From a virus, in IMG/VR virus record IMGVR_UViG_3300045120_000051, positions 5,981 through 69,980 of that record: a stretch of DNA of 64,000 nt, one strand, 5' to 3'. Shown in pieces: positions 9,280 through 17,901 of this stretch (position 1 is its first letter; every line of letters begins with the position of its first letter). The position numbers and the translations under genes were made by a program. Below the pieces are notes generated by a model. That model was given only the letters and a program-made list of their open reading frames with translations. It was not told the DNA's origin and made no database searches.

Positions 9280-9591
9280 ATGTTCAACGATCCCAACTAC
9301 ACCGACGAAGAGATCAGATTGATCACGGAAATGCGCGGCCATGAAATCACATGGTCGGAGATCAGGCGAGAACTGGTTGAGTCTGGCTACCGCCTCCGCA
9401 GTACGGACGCGCTCAAGCGAGCGATGCATCGTCGCCGAGAGGGGTTTGTCCGAACGCCCAAGGTGTATGATGAGCGGGCTGAGGAAGCAGTGGATGCCTC
9501 AGAGGCCCGGCTGGAACTGCGGAAGCTAAAGCGGGCAGACGAGGCGTTTTGTAGAGCTATGGCGCTGGAACTAAACGGAGCACACAAATGA
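9280..9591 (+). CDS. Hypothetical Myb/HTH-like protein
   Basis: YTDEE.RLI.EMR...TWSEI..L......RS..AL. Confidence 0.55.
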   Translation: MFNDPNYTDEEIRLITEMRGHEITWSEIRRELVESGYRLRSTDALKRAMHRRREGFVRTPKVYDERAEEAVDASEARLELRKLKRADEAFCRAMALELNGAHK

Positions 9592-10034
9592 CCAAGAGCG
9601 TTGCGACCAACGGCAAGACCGACCCTGTTTTCCCCGTGCGCAATCTTCCGCCTGCCATGCCGGTGGAATTACATCCGAAGGCACAACAAGCTGCCGCGGC
9701 GTGGAGCGACATGTGCGGTGCTATTGAGCGGCAGGAAGCGGAGATCGGCCAACTGCGGGCCGACCTCGCGGTGGAGCGTCGGCACGTTTCCGACTTGCAA
9801 CGGATGCTTGACGCTAAGATTGTGGACAGTGGCAGGTACCAGCGGTATGCCATTGAAATCCGTACCCGCCTTGCCCGCCTCGTCAAGGACGCGGAAAGCC
9901 TCAAAGCGACAACGCTCGAAGCTGATAGTTGCGCTCTGGAATTCTCATTGGAAGAGCCACCGACCGAGGCCCGCCCCGACGCGGTTGCTGCGGTCGAGAA
10001 AGCAATTGCAGGCGTGGCGCATGGGCGGGAGTGA
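9588..10034 (+). CDS. Hypothetical coiled-coil protein
   Basis: RBS GGAG, ATGA overlap. Confidence 0.6.
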   Translation: MTKSVATNGKTDPVFPVRNLPPAMPVELHPKAQQAAAAWSDMCGAIERQEAEIGQLRADLAVERRHVSDLQRMLDAKIVDSGRYQRYAIEIRTRLARLVKDAESLKATTLEADSCALEFSLEEPPTEARPDAVAAVEKAIAGVAHGRE

Positions 10035-10039
10035 CGAGG

Positions 10040-10363
10040 ATGGACGAGAAAGAACAGGCCAAGCACATTGCTAGCATGTGGCTTGATGGCCGAATGAACT
10101 CGCTCGTGCAGATGATCCCCGGCGATCCCGACTGCGACGCCTACGTGCTTGCGCGTCAATACCTACGCGCACTCGATGCAATTGATGACCTCCGCCGCCC
10201 ATCCGCCAGCGACATAGACCCAACCGCTGGCGCTGATCCTTATTGGAATTGGGGCCGCGGCACAAAGGCCCTGCTACTCTGCGTCATTCTGCTAGCCGGC
10301 TGCGGCGGCCCCGGTGGCTGTCCAGCTACCGATCCGGCATGCACGCAGCCGACCCGGAGGTGA
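10040..10363 (+). CDS. Hypothetical protein
   Basis: ORF in operon. Confidence 0.5.
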   Translation: MDEKEQAKHIASMWLDGRMNSLVQMIPGDPDCDAYVLARQYLRALDAIDDLRRPSASDIDPTAGADPYWNWGRGTKALLLCVILLAGCGGPGGCPATDPACTQPTRR

Positions 10364-10367
10364 TAAA

Positions 10368-10730
10368 ATGAGCCCCTCAGACCCACCATTCCCCCCACGC
10401 CGCCGGCATATGGCCAATAGGCGGCCAGCAATTACGTTTCAGGTGGAGCATCGAACCCATAGTGGAGCGGAATTTCCGTACCACGTCACAGTCGGTCTTT
10501 ACCGCGATCAATCCATTGATATTGGTGAGATTTTCATTAATACTGCGGGAAAGGCCGGGAGCGACATCGACACGATGGTCAGTGATGCCGCCGTTGCCGT
10601 AAGTCTCGCCCTGCAATACGGTTGTCCCATCGAGGTTTTGAGGTCGGCCATGAAACGCAACCCAGACGGCAGCCCCGCTGGCCTCATGAGCCACGCCTTG
10701 GACGAGGCCGCAAAGGTGGTGGGACGATGA
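10368..10730 (+). CDS. Stand-alone TSCPD domain (class II RNR C-terminal-like)
   Basis: Y.VTVG.Y....GEIFIN..K.GS.......AVSLALQYG.P.E.L motif. Confidence 0.8.
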   Translation: MSPSDPPFPPRRRHMANRRPAITFQVEHRTHSGAEFPYHVTVGLYRDQSIDIGEIFINTAGKAGSDIDTMVSDAAVAVSLALQYGCPIEVLRSAMKRNPDGSPAGLMSHALDEAAKVVGR

Positions 10731-10957
10731 CAACCAAGGCAGAACTCGCAGCCCTCGAAAAGGTCTTCGCGAGAGAAATTAAAGGGAACCTGCCCTTCCA
10801 GTCGAAGGCAAAGATATTTGCCAAATTGGCAGAGAAGGGGATGATCGAGCCGATGGTGAGAGAATTTCGCGGCGACCGCTTTGGCTCCTGTCGAGTTGAA
10901 GGATGGCTAATTGTCTCATTTAGGTCGGCTGACCTACTGCATGTCATGCGATGGTGA
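10727..10957 (+). CDS. Hypothetical winged-helix-like protein, possible frameshift near 10908
   Basis: FAKLAEKGMIE; an alternative frame continues LSHLGRLTYCMSC to TAA at 11015. Confidence 0.5.
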   Translation: MTTKAELAALEKVFAREIKGNLPFQSKAKIFAKLAEKGMIEPMVREFRGDRFGSCRVEGWLIVSFRSADLLHVMRW

Positions 10958-11001
10958 CGAGCCCAACGATAGTTCCACGATGACCCCACAAACGGCCACA
11001 A

Positions 11002-12450
11002 ATGCCCAATGGTAAGAAAAACACGGCTCCTGGTACCAAACCAGCCCCCAAGGCCAAAAACGCGCCAGCGAGCCTTCCTTGGCCTGCCGAGAGGATAGAA
11101 AAACGGCTTATCGGGGATTTGACTGCCTATCCCAACAATTCCCGCATCCACAGCGACGACCAGATTGATTTAATTAGCAAATCAATTACGGAATTTGGCT
11201 GGACGACGCCAGTCCTCGTGGACGAGGGGGACGGGGTAATTTGCGGCCACGCCCGCATCCGGGCGGCCCAGAAGCTCGGATTTGCCGAGGTCCCGGTCAT
11301 GGTAGCCCGCGGCTGGACTGAGGCGCAAAAGAAAGCCTACGTCATTGCCGACAATCAAATCCCGCAATCCGGCGCCTCGTGGGATTATGATTTATTGAAG
11401 GTCGAATTAAACAGTTTGGCCAAATTAGACTTTGATCTCAAGTTGATAGGATTTGATGATTTGCAGCTTGTGCAATTCATGGCCCAGCCCAATGGAAATG
11501 ATCCCGACGAGGTTCCTGAGCCGCCGGTCGTCCCCGTCTCGCGCACGGGGGATTTGTGGATATTGGGCAATCATCGGCTGCTGTGTGGGGATTGCACGTC
11601 CGCATCTGACGTAGCGGCGTGTTTGGGGAAAGTTAAGCCGCATCTGATGGTTACGGACCCGCCTTATGGGGTGAGTTATTCGGCGGGGTGGCGCAACAAG
11701 GCCATGCCATATAAAAATGATCCTTCTCGTTGGAAGGACGGCGCCGGTAGGGCTACCGGCGCCGTAACTAATGATGATCGCTCAGATTGGCGAGAAACAT
11801 GGGTCTTGTTCACCGGGGACGTTGCATATGTGTGGCATGCTGCCACTGAGGGCCATATTGTTGCGGAAAGCCTAATGGCTTGTGATTTCACAATACGTTC
11901 CCAGATTATTTGGGCTAAAAATCAATTAGTTATTTCACGGGGGCATTATCACCCGCAGCATGAGCCCCTATTCTATGCAGTGCGCAAATCAGCAAATGGG
12001 CATTGGTGTGGGGGCCGGACACAGACGACTCTTTGGCAAATAAACAAGCCAGTCAAATCTGAAACGGGCCATTCAACTCAAAAACCCGTCGAATGCATGA
12101 AGCGCCCAATCGAAAACAATTCCTCCGTAGGGCAGGCAGTCTACGACCCATTTGTTGGCTCAGGCACCACCATAATTGCCGCGGAGATGACACAACGCTC
12201 TTGTTTCGCTATAGAAATCGACCCCATCTACATAGACGTAGCCCTCCAGCGCTGGCAGAACTTCACCAACAAGCAAGCCACCCTCGAATCCACCGGCCAG
12301 ACCTTTGAACAAGTCAAGCAAGAGCGCCTAGACCATGCCAAAGAAAACCCAAAAACAAAGATTCGAGGGCGTATTCAAACAGGCAGTAGCCGAAGCCCTC
12401 GTGGAAATGCAGGACGTACAGGACAGCCAAGGCAGGACGTTCCAGGTTGA
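11002..12450 (+). CDS. ParB-N fused N4C/N6A DNA methyltransferase
   Basis: YPNNSRIH...EFGW..P...GHAR..AA (ParB/Srx); TDPPY; H.TQKP; DPFVGSGTT. Confidence 0.93.
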   Translation: MPNGKKNTAPGTKPAPKAKNAPASLPWPAERIEKRLIGDLTAYPNNSRIHSDDQIDLISKSITEFGWTTPVLVDEGDGVICGHARIRAAQKLGFAEVPVMVARGWTEAQKKAYVIADNQIPQSGASWDYDLLKVELNSLAKLDFDLKLIGFDDLQLVQFMAQPNGNDPDEVPEPPVVPVSRTGDLWILGNHRLLCGDCTSASDVAACLGKVKPHLMVTDPPYGVSYSAGWRNKAMPYKNDPSRWKDGAGRATGAVTNDDRSDWRETWVLFTGDVAYVWHAATEGHIVAESLMACDFTIRSQIIWAKNQLVISRGHYHPQHEPLFYAVRKSANGHWCGGRTQTTLWQINKPVKSETGHSTQKPVECMKRPIENNSSVGQAVYDPFVGSGTTIIAAEMTQRSCFAIEIDPIYIDVALQRWQNFTNKQATLESTGQTFEQVKQERLDHAKENPKTKIRGRIQTGSSRSPRGNAGRTGQPRQDVPG

Positions 12451-13033
12451 TAAACTTAGACTTCTCGCCAGATCCCTCGTCCACGAGGGCATCAAGGGTG
12501 ATGTCGTCGCCATCAAGGAAATCAACCGCCTTGAGATCAAGCCCCCACGCGGCCACCCAACATCCTACAAACCAGAATTCGACGCCCAAGCCCATAAACT
12601 GTGCCAATTAGGGGCAACAGATAGGGAACTAGCTGATTTCTTTGATGTTTCAATCGATACAATCACACAGTGGAAATCCGTTCACCCTCGTTTCTCCGCC
12701 TCCCTAAAAGTTGGAAAAGATGAGCCAGATGAACGGGTTGTAAGGAGTTTGTACCAAAGGGCTATGGGCTATTCGTTCGATACCGAGGAGATATTTGTCG
12801 TGGGCGGGGAGGTTACGCGCGTGCCCGTCCGCAAGCACGTACCGCCTGACGTAACTGCTTGTATATTCTGGCTAAAGAACCGGAGACAGCAGCAGTGGCG
12901 CGACGTTCACAAGCTTGAGCACGGCCAGCCCGGCGACTTCGACCGCCTGACCGACGACGAGCTAGTGCTTGAGATACGGCGGGAGAGCGAGGCCATTGCG
13001 TTGCTGGGCCACGGCAAGGGGACTGTTAACTGA
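12335..13033 (+). CDS. terS: Terminase small subunit
   Basis: G.PT.Y..E...A.KLC.LGATD.ELADFF.VS..TI..W...HP.F, SLYQRAMGY, PPDVTA.IFWLKNR...WRD. Confidence 0.85.
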   Translation: MPKKTQKQRFEGVFKQAVAEALVEMQDVQDSQGRTFQVDKLRLLARSLVHEGIKGDVVAIKEINRLEIKPPRGHPTSYKPEFDAQAHKLCQLGATDRELADFFDVSIDTITQWKSVHPRFSASLKVGKDEPDERVVRSLYQRAMGYSFDTEEIFVVGGEVTRVPVRKHVPPDVTACIFWLKNRRQQQWRDVHKLEHGQPGDFDRLTDDELVLEIRRESEAIALLGHGKGTVN

Positions 13034-13040
13034 GGTTTGA

Positions 13041-13075
13041 TTGACAATCGTCCGTAAATCGTCCATCAAACGTCT
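13041..13075 (+). promoter_or_regulatory. Promoter with direct-repeat operator (probably leaderless transcript)
   Basis: TTGACA then AATCGTCC x2 at 11-bp spacing plus a degenerate third copy; ATG falls near predicted +1. Confidence 0.55.
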
Positions 13076-13441
13076 ATGGACGCACCCAAGTGCAGACTGT
13101 GTGGCGAGCGGCACTACGGCCTCTGCCCCGGCCTTTCGAGGGGGCGTCCTGCTGTAGAGCCCAAGCGAGAAGTCAGGGGGCCGGTCAGCCGGTCGTCTGC
13201 GGTACACGGGGGAAAATCCGGGAGTGGTCACTCGGCCAACCTGCCTCGGCCCACCGGGCAGGCATCCAGTCCGCCCGCCGTGCAAGACCTCACGGCAACC
13301 AAGCCCAAGCGCGGCCGTCCTCGTGTCGAGGATCGCGGTAAGACCCTTGCGGCAATCAGGCCATGGGTGGCCGCTGGCATGTCGCGGGCCACTTGGTATG
13401 CGCGGCAGCGTGAAAAGAAAAACGGCGTACCCCCAAAATAA
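13076..13441 (+). CDS. Hypothetical DNA-binding protein (CxxC, GRP, PW..GMSRATWY motif)
   Basis: KRGRPR...RPWVAAGMSRATWYAR. Confidence 0.65.
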   Translation: MDAPKCRLCGERHYGLCPGLSRGRPAVEPKREVRGPVSRSSAVHGGKSGSGHSANLPRPTGQASSPPAVQDLTATKPKRGRPRVEDRGKTLAAIRPWVAAGMSRATWYARQREKKNGVPPK

Positions 13442-13442
13442 T

Positions 13443-13490
13443 TGTGCCACCCCTATTGACCTCCGTGCCAAATCGTGCCAATATGCGTCA
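13443..13490 (+). promoter_or_regulatory. Promoter with GTGCCA repeats driving the small-gene array
   Basis: TTGACC-17nt-CAATAT overlapped by three GTGCCA copies. Confidence 0.55.
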
Positions 13491-13509
13491 TCAGCAACGG
13501 AGAGCGCAG

Positions 13510-13842
13510 ATGGCTTCCACCAAATACTTCCAGGGCGAGACGGAACTGACCCGCATCCAGCCGATGGACAACAAGGTGTTTGCCGCTCGCTTTCCGGGCG
13601 TCAAGGGCCGCCGCTGGGATGGTTTCTCCCGCATCGTCGGTATGCCGGTCGGCTATCAGCCGGCTTGGACGGGCCGCGGCTACAGTGAAGACCTGCGCCC
13701 TGTCGAGCGCGTAATCGCGTACAAATCCAACCCCAGCAAGCACAAGTGCGATGGACGCTGCCTCAATGCCAAGGGTGGCAACTGTGAGTGCGAGTGCGGC
13801 GGCAAGAACCATGGCGCAGGCTTCCACTGCGTGGCGGCCTAA
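13510..13842 (+). CDS. Cys-rich phage protein
   Basis: CDGRCLNAKGGNCECECGGKNHG motif; RBS GGAG. Confidence 0.75.
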   Translation: MASTKYFQGETELTRIQPMDNKVFAARFPGVKGRRWDGFSRIVGMPVGYQPAWTGRGYSEDLRPVERVIAYKSNPSKHKCDGRCLNAKGGNCECECGGKNHGAGFHCVAA

Positions 13843-13875
13843 GCCCCCCTTCCCACCCAATCAGGAGTAACGCAG

Positions 13876-14070
13876 ATGACGCTCACCTACAGCCGCCCCG
13901 ACCTAGATGCCGCCAGCACCACGACAGATCACGGTCGTGCGATGCATGGCTGGCAATGCCCGGAGTGCTACGGAGTTAGGGTCGTTCCGCAATCTCCGCC
14001 TCGTCGTCCCCACGATCCTCACCGCTATGTTTGCAGCGAGTGCGGCTGTCAGTGGACAGGAGTAGCATGA
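13876..14070 (+). CDS. Small Zn-ribbon protein
   Basis: CPEC...CSECG; starts at the repeat-supplied RBS/ATG. Confidence 0.65.
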   Translation: MTLTYSRPDLDAASTTTDHGRAMHGWQCPECYGVRVVPQSPPRRPHDPHRYVCSECGCQWTGVA

Positions 14071-14132
14071 TGGCCGGTCGCCCCCTCGACGGTAAGCCCC
14101 CCTTCCCACCCTATCAGCAACGGAGAGAGCAG

Positions 14133-14324
14133 ATGAAGAAGGTTCTGGCAGAAATGGCCCGCGAGTGTGACGTGTGGGGCAAGAACGTGACTTGGCGTTG
14201 TGAGGCGGGCGATAGCACTATCCGCAATGTTGTCGGCATTGGCCGTACAGCGGATGAGGCAATTGCTGATGCAAAGCGCCAATACGCATTCCCAGTGACA
14301 ATTGAAGTGGTTGAGACGCCGTAA
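14133..14324 (+). CDS. Hypothetical protein
   Basis: Starts at the repeat-supplied RBS/ATG. Confidence 0.65.
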   Translation: MKKVLAEMARECDVWGKNVTWRCEAGDSTIRNVVGIGRTADEAIADAKRQYAFPVTIEVVETP

Positions 14325-14410
14325 TGCGCCCCCCTTCCCACCCAATCAGGAGTAACGCAGATGACCCACGTACAGATTCCCGCCTACACTGACCGTTGGA
14401 TGGTGCCGAT

Positions 14411-14602
14411 ATGATCATCGTTATTTGGAACAAGAATGGCATGCGCCTGCGCGTGCTTGAGGTGTTTGAAGGGAAGTGGGGCGAGACTTGCCTCATGGTC
14501 TGTAAAGAGACAGCGCCTAATCCGATCATGGGGCTCTTCTCCGTTCGTGCCGATCAAACATCACTGCTCGACCATATGGTGTGGAGGGGGCCGGTTCCAT
14601 GA
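14411..14602 (+). CDS. Hypothetical protein
   Basis: ATGA-coupled to the 17-codon mini-ORF 14361-14414. Confidence 0.5.
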   Translation: MIIVIWNKNGMRLRVLEVFEGKWGETCLMVCKETAPNPIMGLFSVRADQTSLLDHMVWRGPVP

Positions 14603-14886
14603 CCCAAACTAAGCGTAAGAGCGGTCGCCCCCTCGACAGCCAGAAGCACACGACCCTGACGGCGACCAAGCCGTGGGTTGCGGAGGGCATGTCGCGTAGA
14701 ACTTGGTACCGTCGGCGTAAGGCGGAGGCTCTACCTACCACCAAGTCTAACCGCGGTCGTCCCCTCAAGGGCGCGGAGCCTCGGCCGAAGCCATGGATTG
14801 CGCTCGGGATGAGCGAGTCCACATGGCGACGTCGGCAGAAGGGGCCGAGGAGGACGGCCAACCACTGGCGGAGGGCACCGGCATGA
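14599..14886 (+). CDS. Basic protein with two GRPL...KPW..GMS..TW.RR repeats
   Basis: Internal duplication visible in the translation. Confidence 0.7.
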   Translation: MTQTKRKSGRPLDSQKHTTLTATKPWVAEGMSRRTWYRRRKAEALPTTKSNRGRPLKGAEPRPKPWIALGMSESTWRRRQKGPRRTANHWRRAPA

Positions 14887-14917
14887 CCCGAGCCTTTCAA
14901 ACGAACGGAGAAAAGCA

Positions 14918-15109
14918 ATGATTGACGGTACAATCCGCTCCCACCGCGGTCGCATTGTGGTGGACTACTCGACACCGCCCGTGATCGAGTACGTTGACGA
15001 GCAGCCATTGCCGCTCAAGTGGCAGTTGTTCGCCGCCTTTATGGCCTGCTCTTGCACTGCGGCGATAGGCTTCATCTGGGCATGGCTGATATTTGGGGTG
15101 GCGCAATGA
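14918..15109 (+). CDS. Small membrane protein
   Basis: C-terminal hydrophobic helix, RBS GGAG. Confidence 0.55.
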   Translation: MIDGTIRSHRGRIVVDYSTPPVIEYVDEQPLPLKWQLFAAFMACSCTAAIGFIWAWLIFGVAQ

Positions 15110-15285
15110 TCTATCTGTTAATGACGTTACTCGTAATTGTTCCTCTCGCTATGCACATCGACGCATGCAACCTGCATGTGTGGGCGGTTGATAGCATGGG
15201 CGACGAGATAGATCGGGAGAGGTGGCGGTGTGAGCCGTTCTATCGCTACTGCAAATTCATGTCTTGGCCGTTACGATTGTTTTAA
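15106..15285 (+). CDS. Small membrane protein
   Basis: N-terminal hydrophobic helix, ATGA overlap. Confidence 0.45.
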   Translation: MIYLLMTLLVIVPLAMHIDACNLHVWAVDSMGDEIDRERWRCEPFYRYCKFMSWPLRLF

Positions 15286-15286
15286 T

Positions 15287-16957
15287 GTGACCACGTCCAC
15301 CATCGACAGGCCGAGGATCGAGCGCATCGGCAAGATGATAGCCGAGCACCACAGACGCATGGCCCGGAAGGCGCAGAGCGGGCCGGGTGGGCTGATGGAG
15401 TTCATCCGGTACTACTGGCATGTTTTGGAGCCTGAGACGCCGCTGGTCGAGGGCTGGACCATGGAGGCCATCTGCGAGCACCTTGAGGCCGTTACGGCAG
15501 GGAGAATCAAACGGCTGCTGATCAACGTCTCGCCAGGGAGTTGCAAGTCGCTAATCGTCAATGTGTTCTGGCCTGCGTGGGAAGCTGGGCCGATGGATAT
15601 GGCGCATCTGCGCTACGTGACGTTCTCCTACTCGGCCAGCTTGACCATGAGGGACAATGGCCGTTACCGGGACCTCATCGTTAGCCGTGAGTATCAGGAA
15701 CTGTGGGGCAAGCGTGTCCGGCCCATCAAGATCGGGGAAATGAAGATCAGCAATGACCACCAGGGCTGGAAGCTCGCCTCGTCGGTTGGCGGCGTTGGAA
15801 CTGGAGAACGTGGCGACCGGGTTATTCTGGACGATCCGCACAACGTCAAAGAGGCCGAATCGGACGTGGTACGTGATGAGACGATCCGGTGGTTTCGTGA
15901 ATCTATGTCCAACCGCCTGAACAGCCTGGAAACCGGCGTTATCATCGTGATCATGCAGCGGGTGCATGAAGAGGACATCAGCGGGATCATTTTGTCGCTG
16001 GGGCTGGAATACGATCATCTGATGATTCCGATGGAGTATGACTGGTATCGCCAGACCAATGATGATGGGTCACCGCAGCGGACCTCAATCGGCTGGTATG
16101 ACCCTCGATGGGCTGAAACACCGGAGGAATGCGACAAGTCGCTGGCGTGGCCAGAGCGGTTTCCTCCCGCGGTTATCGAGAGCACGAAGCACGTTGTGGC
16201 CCCCTTCGCTTGGGCCAGCCAGTACCAACAGAGCCCTGAGCCTCGTGGCGGTGGCATCTTCAAGCGGGAGTGGTGGCTGACGTGGGCTCCGCCTGACGGC
16301 AAGTTTCCTGAGTTCGAGTACATCGTGGCTAGCCTCGACAGCGCCTTTACGGAGAACGAGCAGAACAATCCCAGTGCGATGACGGTGTGGGGGGTGTGGC
16401 TGAACGATCAGAAGAAACGCCGGCTGATGCTGATCAACGCATGGCGGAAGTTCCTGCCGATGCATGGGCCTCGGGTGGAGAAGCAGCCTAACGAACTGGT
16501 CCAGGTCTATCGCCAGCGATCCTTGCAGCATTGGGGGCTTGTGGAGTGGTGCGCCGATACGTGCCGCCGGTTCAAGGCTGACAGGCTGCTGATCGAGGCC
16601 AAGACTAGCGGTATCACGGCCGGCCAGGAACTCGCCCGGCTTCACGGCCGCGAGGGCTGGGCGGTGCAAATGTGTCCTGTGAAGGGGGATAAGGTTGCCC
16701 GTGCCCTTGCGGTTCAGCCGACGTTCTCCCAAGGTATGGTTTACGCCAACGAGCGGCTGGACTGGGCGGAAATGGTCATTGACGAGATGGCTAAGTTTCC
16801 AAAAGGCAAGTATGATGACCTGACCGACAGCGCCACGATGGCGATTAAACACCTCCGCGACATTGGTCTAGCGCAGACTGACGAGGAAGCCGTGGCGGAG
16901 GAAATGGACCGGGTACGGCACCGGCCGAGGCTGCGGCCCCTCTATCCGACCGCCTAA
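15287..16957 (+). CDS. terL: Terminase large subunit
   Basis: LLINVSPGSCKS (Walker A), VILDDP, MQRVHE.D, YQQ.P, nuclease SLDSA, IE.K.SG, FPKGKYDD.TD; start uncertain. Confidence 0.95.
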   Translation: MTTSTIDRPRIERIGKMIAEHHRRMARKAQSGPGGLMEFIRYYWHVLEPETPLVEGWTMEAICEHLEAVTAGRIKRLLINVSPGSCKSLIVNVFWPAWEAGPMDMAHLRYVTFSYSASLTMRDNGRYRDLIVSREYQELWGKRVRPIKIGEMKISNDHQGWKLASSVGGVGTGERGDRVILDDPHNVKEAESDVVRDETIRWFRESMSNRLNSLETGVIIVIMQRVHEEDISGIILSLGLEYDHLMIPMEYDWYRQTNDDGSPQRTSIGWYDPRWAETPEECDKSLAWPERFPPAVIESTKHVVAPFAWASQYQQSPEPRGGGIFKREWWLTWAPPDGKFPEFEYIVASLDSAFTENEQNNPSAMTVWGVWLNDQKKRRLMLINAWRKFLPMHGPRVEKQPNELVQVYRQRSLQHWGLVEWCADTCRRFKADRLLIEAKTSGITAGQELARLHGREGWAVQMCPVKGDKVARALAVQPTFSQGMVYANERLDWAEMVIDEMAKFPKGKYDDLTDSATMAIKHLRDIGLAQTDEEAVAEEMDRVRHRPRLRPLYPTA

Positions 16958-16961
16958 AGGA

Positions 16962-17396
16962 GTGATCCATGTGGAACAGACAGCCGATAGAGTGCTGATG
17001 CTATCTATCGCCTTGCTTCTAGCTCTTACGTTGGCGTTCTACGCATATCAGGCTGCGGCACGCGAACTATACGAGGGTCAATACGCGCAGGTCGCTCCCT
17101 CCACCCGGCAGTGGTTCAAGGATCAGAAAGTACCGGGCACGCAGCGGTTGTGTTGCAGTGAGGCTGATGGGACTTCCGCCGAAGAAGATATTCGTCAAGG
17201 TCACTATTGGGTGCGTTTCACCGCCACGCAGTACAATGAAGGTGCTCCTCCGACTGAGGTTGACTCGGGGTGGATGCAGGTGCCGGACGAGACGGTTATC
17301 CACAATGCCGGCAATCCGAATGGGGCCGCCATTGTCTGGTGGGGCTGGCAAGATCGCTTGTTTATCAGATGTTTCGTCCCCGGCGCCAAGGTCTGA
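16962..17396 (+). CDS. Exported hypothetical protein (CC..AD motif)
   Basis: Signal-peptide-like N-terminus; WF...CCSEADG...NP.G.AIVW...CFVPG. Confidence 0.65.
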   Translation: MIHVEQTADRVLMLSIALLLALTLAFYAYQAAARELYEGQYAQVAPSTRQWFKDQKVPGTQRLCCSEADGTSAEEDIRQGHYWVRFTATQYNEGAPPTEVDSGWMQVPDETVIHNAGNPNGAAIVWWGWQDRLFIRCFVPGAKV

Positions 17397-17419
17397 GCCA
17401 CAAAGCAAAGGAGTAGGTA

Positions 17420-17707
17420 ATGCACGACAAAATCATCATGCCCAGCGAGGGCAACGGCGCAGTTCATTCTGACCCCAGCGTTGTCGCGTGCATCAATTTG
17501 CTTGAGCAGGCATTGACCGCGGCGAAGATGGGGCAGATCACGTCTGTGGCCATCGTGTCGTGCATGCATGGCGGCTTTGGTGCCGCCTTTGCCGGGACGC
17601 AGGGTGCTGAACTGAATCTAGGGCTCGACAGTCTCAAGAAGAACATCATAGAGGCGATCAGCAATCCCAAGAACCAGAGCAAGATCGTGCGGGCGAGGCC
17701 GATATAG
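17420..17707 (+). CDS. Hypothetical protein
   Basis: Strong RBS AAGGAG. Confidence 0.65.
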   Translation: MHDKIIMPSEGNGAVHSDPSVVACINLLEQALTAAKMGQITSVAIVSCMHGGFGAAFAGTQGAELNLGLDSLKKNIIEAISNPKNQSKIVRARPI

Positions 17708-17730
17708 TGCGAGGCTGATGTCGTGAGGAA

Positions 17731-17901
17731 ATGCCGATGACAATAACTGAACTTATGGGCATTAGACGCTCAATGATTATGCTTCGGGATGATGCAAACT
17801 CTCATGGCTTGTGGACACTTTGGATTGAGTACGGGGATTCGGTAGCATGGATCGAAATTGAGATATTAAAGATGCTTCAAATGAAGGTGTCGGTTCGTTG
17901 A
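17731..17901 (+). CDS. Hypothetical 56-aa protein
   Basis: Hand translation; fills the gap, GAGG RBS, TTGA overlap with next gene. Confidence 0.4.
   Translation: MPMTITELMGIRRSMIMLRDDANSHGLWTLWIEYGDSVAWIEIEILKMLQMKVSVR

Larger units (their letters stand above)
13840..14365 (+). repeat. Three copies of intergenic repeat GCCCCCCTTCCCACCC + RBS leader
   Basis: Copies at 13840-13880, 14093-14135 and 14328-14365; leader ATCAGCAACGGAGAG.GCAGATG also at 13490-13512. Confidence 0.9.

Noticed and set aside
10368-10730. Functional ribonucleotide reductase
   Set aside because: Only the small TSCPD-like domain is present; no catalytic barrel.
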